A stretch of 64,000 nt of DNA from Hamiltosporidium tvaerminnensis FI-OER-3-3 (lineage: Eukaryota; Fungi; Microsporidia). Of the stretch, positions 23,101-33,330 are shown piece after piece (the first letter of the stretch is position 1; each line of letters opens with the position of its first letter). The notes beneath the pieces are model-generated. The model did not search any database. It was not told where the DNA came from and saw nothing but the letters and a program-made list of their open reading frames with translations. Position numbers and translations under genes: made by a program. Location: NCBI GenBank assembly GCA_022605425.2, contig CM061249.1, positions 1,054,001 to 1,118,000 on the forward strand, in the 5' to 3' direction.

Positions 23101-26100
23101 ATGAGATAGGAGGGGTAAGTATGTTAAGGGGTTATAATAATAAATGGTTGGAGGGTGATAATAAGAGTATAGATAGTAAACAACAGGGTGTTACTAATAT
23201 AAATACTAAACAACAGGGTGATAATAATATAGATAAACAACAGGGTGTTAACGGTATACATACTAAACAACAGGGTGTTAACAGTATAGATAAACAACAG
23301 GGTGTTAACGGTATACATACTAAACAACAGGGTGATAATAATATAGAATGTAAACAACAGGGTGTTAATGAAACTACTAATGACCAACAGAGTGTTAATA
23401 ACAGTATAGATAAACAACACCCCTTTAACAACTTACATTATGAACAACACCCCTTTAACAACTTACATTATGAACAACACCCCTTTAACAATGTACATTA
23501 TGAACAACACCCTGTTAATATCACTACCCTACCTGATAATATTCTCTCTTTATTTACACCCTTTAATTTACCTGTGAATTTAATACTTAAAAAAATTAAC
23601 ACCCCTTTAAAGTGTACTACATTAGAAATGGATTCTATTTTTATAGAATATATAAGACTAACATGTCTTACTTATTATAACACTAATGATTTACTGTTAT
23701 TACATAGAATTGATTGGTCTTCTTCTTTCTGTGAGTTAATAACACAGTTATATAAATTAAAGGGTGTTAATTTATTAGAAATAAGTTATAGTATTTATAG
23801 GGTTATTTTAGAAGGTAAGAAAGAGGGTGTTAGTAATGGTATTTCTTTTTTTAAGGTTAACAAGGATATTCTTAACAGTGATGTGTTTATAAGGGGTGTT
23901 AATTATACAGGTAGTAATTATAGGGGTGTTAGTAATAATATAGAAGAGGGTGTTAGTTGTATAGAAGATAAGTACAATTTTTATGGAAAGGTTATTCAGT
24001 TTTGTGATCTTAAAAAAGTAGAATTTATTTTTTATGAGATTCTAAGAAATAACACCTTATATTATAATGGTAGTGTAGTAGGTGATAAAGGAATTGTAGG
24101 GGGTGTTAGTAGTACTAACAATAGCCTTAATAAACAAGAGGGTGTTAACAATCATAACAATAAACAAGAGGGTGTTAATAACAATAACAATAAACAAGAG
24201 GGTGTTAACAACAATAACAATAAACAAGAGGGTGTTAATAACAATACTAATAATACTAGTAATATAAAGGGTGTTAGCAATAAGAAATCTAATGTTAAGA
24301 ACCCTCTTAATAATTCTTCTTGTTTAGAGGGTGTTAATGACATATTTGATATAAATAATAATAATGATAAAACACCCTTTAATAACAGTATAAATACTAT
24401 ATTAACACACTTTATAAGTAATAACAGGTCTTATTTAGAAGATTTTATATCTTTTATGTTAGAAGATCTTAATCCTATACAGTTATACCCTTTAATAGAC
24501 CTTATAAGTATAGAATACCTTTGTATGTTAGTTAAACCCCTTTTAAGAATAATTAATGGTAGTAATATAAAGGGTATTAGTGATAGTAATAGGTTAGAAG
24601 GTGTTAGTGATACTAGTAGGTTAGAGGGTGTTAATGATAGTAGTAGGATAGAGGGTGTTAATGATAAGGGTAATAAGGACTATGGATTAGAGGGTGTTAA
24701 TGATAAGGGTAGTAATTATAAGGGTGTTAGTGATAAGGGTAATAATTATGAGGGTGTTAGTAATAGTAAAGATAGTAGAGAGGGTATTAGTAATAATACT
24801 AATATTTATAAGGGTGTTAATACTACTACTAGTAAACAAGACCCTGTTAGTAATAGTACTAATACCTTACACCCCCTTACCACCTCTGACTATAGAAACT
24901 ACGCTTTAATGTGTTTCTCTAAGATAATACCTTTACTTGTTATTTCTATAGATATAAATAAAGTATCTAACACCTTTAAACAAAGAGTATTAGAAAATAA
25001 AAGGGATATTGATGAATTAATATTTAATAAAGAAATAACACCTTATAAAATAGAAGTACCTATAAATGTAGTCTTAAGAGATTATCAACTTAAAGGTATT
25101 CAATGGATAGCCTTTATGTGTAAGTATAGTTGTAATGGGGTGTTAGCAGATGATATGGGATTAGGTAAGACCATACAGGTGTTAACTTATATAGCTAATG
25201 AGATATACAAGTATAAGAAGGTAAAGGGTGTTAATGATAAGGGTATGGTAGAGGATATGGTAGAGGGTAATGATACTAAGGTGGGTAATGTAAAGGATAT
25301 GGTAGAGGGTAATGATACTAAGGTGGGTATGGTAAAGGATATGGTAAAGGATATGGTAGAGGGTGTTAATGAGAGTAAGGAGGGTAATGTAAAGGGTGTT
25401 AAGGATAAGGGTAGTAAACAACAGGGTGTTAATAACAGTAGTAGTAATATAAAGGGTGTTAACAAACCATCAGATAAACAACACCCTCTTAGTAACACAC
25501 CAGATAAACAACACCCTCTTAGTAATACTATAGGTAATCTTAATGGTGTTATTAAAAAGACTAAAATAAAACCTGTTAAAAGTAAAAACACCAAACAAAA
25601 AAGAAGTAACCCTATAAGTAGTAACACTAGTAGTATAAGTAGTAATGTTAACCCTATAGATAGTAATATTGTTGTTAGTAGTAGTAACACTAGTAGTACT
25701 ACAAGCAGTACTATAACTAACAACATAACTACTACTAACCCTAATACCATAACTACTACTAACCCTAACCCTAACCCTAACCCCAATATCATAACTACTA
25801 CTAACCCTGACTTTATAACTACTACTAACAACAATATTACTAACAATAACTATAAAGTCCTTGTTATTTGTCCTTCTAGTTTAACAGGTCATTGGTTATC
25901 AGAGGTTAACAATATATTCCCTACACTAACAGCTAGTCTATACAGTAAGGGTGATAGTAGGGATAGTAAGTTAAGTGGTAGTAGTAAGGATAAGGATAGT
26001 AATAAGGTTAGTAAGGATAAGGATAGTAAAGATAATAGAAACCCTACAACCACTAACCCTACAACTACTAACCCTACAACTACTAACCCTACCACAACCA

Positions 26101-27716
26101 CTACCACAACCACTACCACTACCACCACCACTCCATCTGACATTACTATATTGTCTTATGATGCTTATAGAAATGACTATCTAAATATCTCTAAGACTAC
26201 CTTTTACTTTATAATACTAGATGAAGGTCATTTACTAAGAAATAGAGATACTGTTATTTATAAAAGAATATTATTATTAAAATCTACTTATAAAATAATA
26301 TTAACAGGTACTCCTATACAGAATACAATAGAAGATATTTTTTCTTTATTTAATATATTAATGCCTTGTTATTTAGGAACAGAAAAAGAATTTAATAATA
26401 AATTTAAAAATATAAATTATAAAGAAAAAAGTGAAGAAGAGTATTTTAAAATGGAGAAATGTATTGAAGAGTTGCATAAAAAGATTTTACCTTTTGTTTT
26501 AAGAAGAATGAAAAGTGATGTTTTAAAGGATTTACCACCTAAGGTTATAAGGGATATTGTTATTGAGATGTCAGAGTATCAAAGGGAAGTATACAAGGGA
26601 ATAGAGATGGGTGAATTAGAAGGGGATATGGGTGAGGGTGATAGGTTGGAGATGGGTGAGGGGGATAGTGAGTTAGAGGGTGATAGGTTAGAGATGGGTG
26701 AGTTAGAGGGTGATAGTTATAGTATAGATGATTATAAGGGTGATAGTTATAAGAGTACTAAGGAAGAGGGTGTTAGTAATAATAGTAGTAAACAACAGGG
26801 TGTTATTAACAGTGTAGATGATTATAGGGGTGTTATTAACAGTATAGATAAACAACAGGGTGTTAGTTATAGTATAGATAAACAACAGGGTGTTAGTAAT
26901 AAGAGTAGTAAACAACAGGGTGTTAGTTATAGTATAGATAAACAACAGGGTGTTAACAATCTATCTAATAAACAACAGGGTGTTAACAATCTATCTAATA
27001 AACAAGGTGTTAACACATATACTACTACTAACACATATACTACTAAACACGCTAAACAGACTAATACCTCTAAGAAACTAAAACTCTCTTACTCCTCTGT
27101 TGATAAGAAGTCTAACACCTTCTTAAAACTCTCTAAACTACTTAAAGTATGTTCTCACTTATCATTAATAGGTATTAACACCTCTTATACTAACTCTTGT
27201 AAAATGAAAGCTTTAGAAGACCTTTTAAATTTATGTGGTAATACTGATATGAGAAACAAGGTGTTAATATTTTGTCAATTAAGAAATACAATAGATTTAA
27301 TAATAAAAGATTTATTATTAATAAATTATAAGAATATGTATTGTAGATTAGATGGTAGTGTTAATATAAAAGATAGAAATAAAACAGTAGAAGAGTTTAA
27401 TAAAGGAAGTAAGAGTATTATGTTATTAACTACTAGTGTAGGAGGGTTAGGGTTAAATCTTACTAGTGCTGATACTGTTATTTTCTATGAACATGATTGG
27501 AATCCTTTTAATGATTTACAGGCTATGGATAGAGCACATAGGATAGGACAGAAGAAGACTGTTAATGTGTTTAGGTTGGTTGTTAAAGATACTGTTGAGG
27601 AAAGGGTTATGAATTTACAGGCGTTTAAAATACATGTGGCTGGTAGTCTTATATCACAACAGAATACAGATATTGAAAGAATGGAGACATGTGGGTTATT
27701 AGAGAGGTTTGGGTAA
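20127..27716 (+). CDS. MOT1: TBP-associated SNF2 ATPase Mot1/BTAF1 with massive low-complexity insertions
   Basis: HEAT-region motifs WDDR, W.KRHGA and DKFNDFISDKTTAPVRE. SNF2 motifs LRDYQ, LADDMGLGKT, LDEGH, LTGTPIQN, LRRMKSDVLKDLPPK and GGLGLNLTSADTVIFYEHDWNPFNDLQAMDRAHRIGQKK. Confidence 0.96.
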   Translation: MNQLEKIFSNILSSTNKYHKKLLITDLTLQIKEYLDFTTPLLQTTYTLLTSEVWDDRILGATLLGSLYPSHIKYKIDFKDLPSFSLHSHSFFSTRITSYTECSVSFQEQQNLITKKLGLTPFEPDNSLITKKDVITEEIKIDNKRGVSKEARKRGVSKDNNYRGVNKDLDSYRGVNKDIDSYRGVNKDIDSYRGVNNSTYKQQGVNNCTYKQQGVINSTYKQQGVNNLSNEQQGVNNTPSNTISNTPPILSKREELAQKRKNKLSYEKEENETEEVKIQNTNHFFIKLYENLLSVEWTKRHGAFLGFCSIFMQLKMTPLNLYNEMHKQNKYKYNQTPEKHKNKEIVEEEEEEINKNSNISNKDNTKDNISNKDNISNNINNKEINTLDHDIDNTHSNNTILLNSTLISSILQILYHDKFNDFISDKTTAPVRESSAHLLSLIFPFLSIKLQNYIFKILFSFLENTDWQIQCSALNSLILLKEFIIYNKNTNNSVFINKMVCLMKSEDEDVKYLSADLIIPFIDMLCKIKGDKDNSRLEGVSDIKGVGGVSNSRVELEGVSHTTDEQHPLNNTSYEQHPLDYLPGEQHPLNNTLYKQNPLSNNTGEQHPVNNNIEQHPFNNLSNTYNTSIDSSINNSIDTPFISINTLKDNTLLTNISYTCWISLQNENEIALSKTSILRLITEIYKLGILKHFDLNKITPCFRSPLIDVRSSVISMMECIIKGVKYSGSEQEGVNYSGSKEEGVNDSVIELEGVSNTNSKQEGVKDKSSKKEGVNDRVGLQEGVNEIIVEQEGVNHYTNNYNPNNNTNTYNPNNNTSNYHPVNNIPNDTNDNTNTYNPNNNTSNYHPVNNIPNDTNDKDLLHLYPINNTLLSRDSLITIFKLLIHNILIEDNTSLKERSFLLFKLLLNNNNWLSKYLKPFIIGIGQSCYDYYTFYSYESNSLYFNSGIIIIGRESVMDGKVMLLKGVIGCKGIEKIEEEGDLYRRVIIRVYNEIGGVSMLRGYNNKWLEGDNKSIDSKQQGVTNINTKQQGDNNIDKQQGVNGIHTKQQGVNSIDKQQGVNGIHTKQQGDNNIECKQQGVNETTNDQQSVNNSIDKQHPFNNLHYEQHPFNNLHYEQHPFNNVHYEQHPVNITTLPDNILSLFTPFNLPVNLILKKINTPLKCTTLEMDSIFIEYIRLTCLTYYNTNDLLLLHRIDWSSSFCELITQLYKLKGVNLLEISYSIYRVILEGKKEGVSNGISFFKVNKDILNSDVFIRGVNYTGSNYRGVSNNIEEGVSCIEDKYNFYGKVIQFCDLKKVEFIFYEILRNNTLYYNGSVVGDKGIVGGVSSTNNSLNKQEGVNNHNNKQEGVNNNNNKQEGVNNNNNKQEGVNNNTNNTSNIKGVSNKKSNVKNPLNNSSCLEGVNDIFDINNNNDKTPFNNSINTILTHFISNNRSYLEDFISFMLEDLNPIQLYPLIDLISIEYLCMLVKPLLRIINGSNIKGISDSNRLEGVSDTSRLEGVNDSSRIEGVNDKGNKDYGLEGVNDKGSNYKGVSDKGNNYEGVSNSKDSREGISNNTNIYKGVNTTTSKQDPVSNSTNTLHPLTTSDYRNYALMCFSKIIPLLVISIDINKVSNTFKQRVLENKRDIDELIFNKEITPYKIEVPINVVLRDYQLKGIQWIAFMCKYSCNGVLADDMGLGKTIQVLTYIANEIYKYKKVKGVNDKGMVEDMVEGNDTKVGNVKDMVEGNDTKVGMVKDMVKDMVEGVNESKEGNVKGVKDKGSKQQGVNNSSSNIKGVNKPSDKQHPLSNTPDKQHPLSNTIGNLNGVIKKTKIKPVKSKNTKQKRSNPISSNTSSISSNVNPIDSNIVVSSSNTSSTTSSTITNNITTTNPNTITTTNPNPNPNPNIITTTNPDFITTTNNNITNNNYKVLVICPSSLTGHWLSEVNNIFPTLTASLYSKGDSRDSKLSGSSKDKDSNKVSKDKDSKDNRNPTTTNPTTTNPTTTNPTTTTTTTTTTTTTTPSDITILSYDAYRNDYLNISKTTFYFIILDEGHLLRNRDTVIYKRILLLKSTYKIILTGTPIQNTIEDIFSLFNILMPCYLGTEKEFNNKFKNINYKEKSEEEYFKMEKCIEELHKKILPFVLRRMKSDVLKDLPPKVIRDIVIEMSEYQREVYKGIEMGELEGDMGEGDRLEMGEGDSELEGDRLEMGELEGDSYSIDDYKGDSYKSTKEEGVSNNSSKQQGVINSVDDYRGVINSIDKQQGVSYSIDKQQGVSNKSSKQQGVSYSIDKQQGVNNLSNKQQGVNNLSNKQGVNTYTTTNTYTTKHAKQTNTSKKLKLSYSSVDKKSNTFLKLSKLLKVCSHLSLIGINTSYTNSCKMKALEDLLNLCGNTDMRNKVLIFCQLRNTIDLIIKDLLLINYKNMYCRLDGSVNIKDRNKTVEEFNKGSKSIMLLTTSVGGLGLNLTSADTVIFYEHDWNPFNDLQAMDRAHRIGQKKTVNVFRLVVKDTVEERVMNLQAFKIHVAGSLISQQNTDIERMETCGLLERFG

Positions 27717-27795
27717 GGAATAGTCTTATATCACAACAGAATACAGATATTGAAAGAATGGAGACATGTGGGTTATTAGAGAGGTTTGGGTAAGG
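27644..27795 (+). repeat. Tandem duplication of the 75 bp spanning the MOT1 3' end, including the stop codon
   Basis: 27644-27718 is repeated at 27721-27795. Confidence 0.92.
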
Positions 27796-28039
27796 GTATT
27801 GTGATTTAAGGTTATATACTGGTAATAGGGGTTAAGGTTCTAACTTATTAATAAGAGGTTAGGGTTATATTAGTAATAGGGGTTATTAATATGGGGTTAA
27901 GATTTTATATTAGTAATAGGGGTTATTAATAAGATATTAGTAATAAGTGCTATTTATAGTATATTAGTTATAAGATATTAGTAATAAGTGCTATTTATAG
28001 GGCTTGTATTAGTAATTAGTGTTATTTAAGAATGTAATA

Positions 28040-28380
28040 TTAAAGGGTGTTATTTATAGTATAGTTGCTATTATTAGTTATAAGGGTGTTATTTATAGTA
28101 TAGTACTTATTATTAGTTATAAGGGTGTTATTTATAGTATAGTTGCTATTATTAGTTATAAGGGTGTTATTTATAGTATAGTTGTTATTATTAGTTATAA
28201 GGGTGTTATTTATAGTATAGTTGCTATTATTAGTTATAAGGGTGTTATTTATAGTGTAGTACTTATTATTAGTTATAAGGGTGTTATTTATAGTATAGTT
28301 ATTATAAGGGTGTTATTTATAGTATAGTTATTATAAGGGTGTTATTTATAGTATAGTACTTATTATTAGTTATTTATAGC
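28040..28380. repeat. 39-bp tandem repeat (about 7 units) containing AGGGTGTTA
   Basis: Unit AAGGGTGTTATTTATAGTATAGTTGCTATTATTAGTTAT. This explains spurious ORF 28019..28327. Confidence 0.9.
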
Positions 28381-28763
28381 AAAACCCTTTATTTAAAGAA
28401 CAAAAAGATATTTTTCTAAAAAACTAAATTAATAAAAATAATGAATTTTTATATTTGGAAGAACAGACTTTATAAAATTCGTTATTTTTATTAATTTAGT
28501 TTTTTAAAATGAAAATTTAAAGAATAAAATAATATGCAGATTAGGGTCAGGGTTAGGATTAGAAATAAAATTGAAAAAAAGGAATTTAAATTATAAGGGT
28601 TAGGAATAACATTAGGATTGATAGTTAGGGATAAGGTTAGGAATAACACCTATAAATCATACTTAGAAATAACATATAGGAATAACACCTAGAAACTATA
28701 CTTAGAAATAATACTGTAAACAACAATATATATAACAACAGTTTTCATATAGAAATAAATTCC

Positions 28764-29491
28764 CTTTATTTAAAAGTATCACATCTTTTTAAAATAGTGG
28801 CAAATGTTATATTTGTTTTCATGACATTAACGTGTTCTAGGTTTAACATAAATGACTACTACCCCAACACTCCATCAGTAACCCCTGCGATACCTACGTC
28901 CCAAAGCCTTTAATTTACCAGGTATGTAGAACCTAATTAATAGGCGAGGCAGTTGCCCGGAGTTCGTTAATGTCCGTTGCATGGAGTGTGATCGAAGACC
29001 GAAGCCCCCCCTGGGCTCCCCCAAGACTATGCAGCATTCCCACTTACTCTACACTTTCTAAACCCAATAAACTTCTAGCTAAGATATATTTCAGAGATTT
29101 ACATGGGGTCCACCTAGACAGTGCAATGTCATACCAACAGGTATAACCTGCTACTTAGCTTTCCTGGCTTTTAATGGGTTTTTATTTTATATCTCCCAGG
29201 CGCTAAGTCTTCTAACTCGAGTGAGCAAGGCTAGGTTTCCATGCTTTTACATGGCAATTACCTACATGTTCAGCTGCGGTCTGCAATCTAGTTACATAAA
29301 AAACTACAAATATATTTGTAGAAAATGTTTCGCTATTTCGTAGACCTCTCCTCTTCATAACAACTCTCATGGAACAAACAAAGATGTAGTGTGGTTGTAT
29401 TCCCACCAAAAATCCAAACAATGATCTCACACCAGTTTCACGCACTTTTTGCCAAGCAGAAAGTTTTTTATGTGGTTATTCTCCATCCACT
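28764..29491 (-). mobile_element. ~725-nt SINE-like element, copy 2
   Basis: Reverse complement of copy 1 over its full length. No TSD seen; the 5' end abuts a shortened Tc1-like terminal repeat. Confidence 0.9.
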
Positions 29492-30828
29492 TTTTGCAAT
29501 CAATATCACAATTATTTTTAACAAATAAAAATAGAAAAAATAATTTATTTCATTAAAAATTGGCTTTCATGTACAACTCTTTTCCATTTAAAAATACCAA
29601 CAAAAATAAATATTTTTTTTATAAAGGTGAACCCCCAGAATGTATAGAGTGTGAAAATGACGATGGTTTGGAGTGTCTTTTGCAAACATCGGGATTTAGA
29701 GCTGGAAATATCCCTTATCCTCATTTCCAACTCTGCGGAAACAACTAGTTTCCAATGATGATCTAAGAGCGCATAATTGCAAAGACATTTCTAGGTCATT
29801 CTATGCCTATAACTGCTTCGATGTTCCGAATAAATCATCAGATGGTTAATAGTATTGTGCCAAGATATTTTAAAACCGGCTTAGTATTTGTCGAGAAAAG
29901 AGGTGGTGATAGGTGCTCAAAGTTAACTTTGGAAATCAAAGAGAGCTTACAAACCTATGTTGATTTGAAGGGTACAAAAACCCTGCATGAGTTGGCAGAA
30001 TGAGTCCAAAGTACTTTTAATATTGATGTGTCAACTAGTACAATTGATCGTGTTCTAAGAGAGTTCCATTACACTCTAAAGCGTGTAACATTAGTGCCTG
30101 TGCGTCGAAATTAACCTTCACAATTGAGCTCAGAACCAATTACGAAACCAGTTCTCCTAAGTTTGAGGTTGATAACGATGACAAAAACTTTGTATTTTTA
30201 GATATAGTTGGGGTCGCGGTAGTAACACGCCACATTAGAAGCCGTAATATAAAAGGCGAATCTGTGAACCTTCTGTAACTGAAGCCTAAGTAAAAACATT
30301 TCGGTTGTCGCAGCAATGAACAAATGTAGTATGATATACCATAAGATTCATGAAACGGCAGTAAATAGAGAGGACTTCAAATTATCCATTAAGGAGATAT
30401 AAGTTGTTAACGGATGTAAGTTTGAGTTTTATCTTTGTAATAGACAATGCGAGAATTCATAACTATCGTGGATTGGATGATGATGAGGAAATTGTCTTGT
30501 ATCGAATAAAACACCTCTTCTTTACCCTTCACTTCTTAATTCAATTGAGAATATATTCTCGGTCTATAAAAATAAAGTAATTCGAGGTTGTGGGCCTACT
30601 GAGTCTCACTTGAGAATATTTTTTTGGGAGAAATTTTATGAGATTATGGGAGAACTTGTAGTTCCGTTTAACAAAATGTTAGGGTATTTGCAATGCCTGA
30701 AGTAAGACAAGTGATTCCTAAATAATAAATCTCAAGGAATATTTATACTTTCCTCTTTTTAAATGTTTGTTTATTAAAAATAATTATTATATTGATTGCA
30801 ATGATTATTATATTGATCGAAAACGCTA
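29492..30828 (+). mobile_element. Degenerate Tc1/mariner (IS630-like DDE) DNA transposon, copy A
   Basis: Fragments FVFLD..G, FV.DNARIH and LLNSIENIF. Terminal inverted arrays of ATTATTATATTGAT(C/T)G. Ends at a TA. Homologous to 57266-58703. Confidence 0.85.
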
Positions 30829-32479
30829 TAATTATTTAAAACTCCAAAAATATCAATATATGTACCAAATATTGCAGATAACTGTTTTTGTACTTATAAC
30901 ATATAAATTATTAGAAATAAAGCCAAAAAAATCTAATTAAAGGATAATTATATTTTTTAGGTTCTACGAAACGTTGCTAGTAGATTTATATTACAAAAAT
31001 AATTAAACTAAAATTAATACTTTATTATGACACATCAAAGCTAAATGTGATTTTAAGGACATAAATACATTAGGAGGAAGACTTGTTTGTAAGTTTAGCA
31101 TCAATTTGTCTGGATATAAATTCATAGAGGCCAATAAAATTCTTTGGAGCTAAGAATTTTAATAAGAGGGATAGAGAAATAAACTAGACCGGTAAAAGCT
31201 TACACAATTGAATAACTGTGAATTTAAGCGTATTGAATGTTTGAGACTTTACATTCATAAAACAAATTCTTTAATTTGAATTAAGATAAACTAAAATACA
31301 AACTTAACTAAATATTTGGCATAAATACATATTTTAAATGTGTATGTGTAAATTTCTGTTTAACATATATAAATTTCAGTTCAGATTTGTAAATCTAATA
31401 AATCTCTAATGTAGAAAGTGTTTCTATTTCGTGCATTCATATAAATTTGAAAATAATCGTATATTTACTTTTTGCTTTTGCTATGAAAAAAAAGTCATAA
31501 GTGATAGATTTGCAGCTTTGGGATTTCGAGAGATATTGCATTTTCTCATTCTAAATCTATCTTAGCTGCAATTTAAATCATTTCTGAATTTGAAAAATTT
31601 TATAAGCAGATTTTTTCACAAACAAAAATCACAGATAATATATTAGTATTTAATGTGTATTAAAATTACCTACGCCAAAGAATCAAAAATCTAAACATAT
31701 ACAATCGAAATGTAATATAAAGGGTTTTACTTATTAAAGGAGCCTTCTCAATATGATTTCCATTTAAATATCTTTTTCGCAGCACTTAGGCACTCCATAT
31801 CCAGTTAATGAAATTTACAGCCATCTAGACTATATATAGCCTCGTAACTTTCTTTTGAATGTCATTTTTGTATTTTTTTCTGTAAAATCTCAAACAGAAC
31901 ACCTTATTTGTCAGAAAAAAGCATTTACTAATGTAGCTCAGTTCCCACATGAAGTCGATATAACTTCCATGTTTCGTATGTATTTTTAAAAATGACATTT
32001 GACATTTAAAGAATAAATCACTCAATATTCTTCGTGCATCGGTAAGATTTTTGTCAACATATGAAATCATATTCTTAGTGTGACTTTCTTCTTTTCGTCA
32101 GAGTATTTTGACTAACAGTTTCGGAGTATCTTTTTCTTGTTCTTTAAATTGATTGCCAAATCTCTTTAATTTTAAATATAACTTACTTCTCTTTTTCCGA
32201 TTAAATTTAATTAAGATTTATTTTTAATCAGCTTTTGCATGTTTTTCGGCATCGCCCTTCATAGCAGATAGATCTATGACATATATTTCTCCTAGGCTCC
32301 GTAGAATGAGAACTTATTTAAATAATAAAGTGGTGTCTTTATAATATCTACTAAATACAGACGAATTTCTTATGTTATGTTAAAATGTTTCTATGCTGAC
32401 ATTTACATGAATGAAAACATCTTTTAATTTACTTGTTAATAATCCTTACAATTTATATTAGACAGAGCGTCCTTGGAAG

Positions 32480-33330
32480 AAAATTTTTTTTTGTAAACCT
32501 TTAACTTTGATCTATACATGATTTTATATGAAGTAAAGGTTATGCCAATATGATGAAATCGGGTTTTCAAAATCCGAACGAAAGTAAGGTTTTAAAGTAT
32601 TAATTTCTCTTGTTGTTCTCTACCTCATACAAAAAAATATCTCATACACAATTAGTAAAACTTTCTACACAGCCTTGACTTGCAAGTGTCGTGGCTTCCC
32701 ATGCCTAGCGTTAACTTAACTCACATTCCCATAGAAATTTAATAGACTTTCGAAAATACTCATCCTTCGGCTTTCTTCATTACAGGAGGTGCTCTAAAAA
32801 ATGTTAAAATCTCTAAATTACTCTGCAACCTTCGTCTATACATATGTTCTGGTATGTTAAACTTTAATAAATCTAGTTTAATTATATTGGTATACAAACA
32901 TGGATTTTATGGTCAATAGACTGACTACATGTCAATCAATGGAATTGGCGTCTTGAATTCCTTTTCTAGGTAATGGGTTCTTTCCGATCCATTTTTTTTG
33001 ATAAATTGGTTATTTTTCAGGGTACATACATAATCTATATGAGCTACACTTATTTCTCCTGTGATGTTTTTATACTTCAATTTTCTTTTTGCCATAAGAT
33101 ATAACCACTCTCTTAGTTGCAACTTGTGCACCATTTAAACTTTAAGTGCCTATCTCATTTACGTAAAACTATATCGTATCTCTGCCATCTCCAAATCAAC
33201 TCTTTCTATTTGCCTCCTCCAATATCTATGCTTTAAAATGGCATAAATACTGACAATCTTCTAATTTTTCTTTTAACACCTTCTTTTTAGATGCTTCAAC
33301 CCTTTCTATTGACTCTAATTGTTGTAGTTT
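32480..33330 (-). mobile_element. Relic rve integrase of Ginger/KRAB-A2(SCAND3)-like type
   Basis: The minus strand near 32703-32664 reads HGKPRHLQ, then (after a frameshift) SQGCVE, matching the HGKPRH.QSQG.VER integrase signature. Heavily decayed. Confidence 0.6.

Noticed and set aside
20707-26945. Many antisense and alternate-frame ORFs within MOT1
   Set aside because: They are shadows of stop-poor low-complexity repeats.
27443-27456. GGGTTAGGGTTA telomeric match
   Set aside because: It encodes the conserved GLGLN helicase motif.
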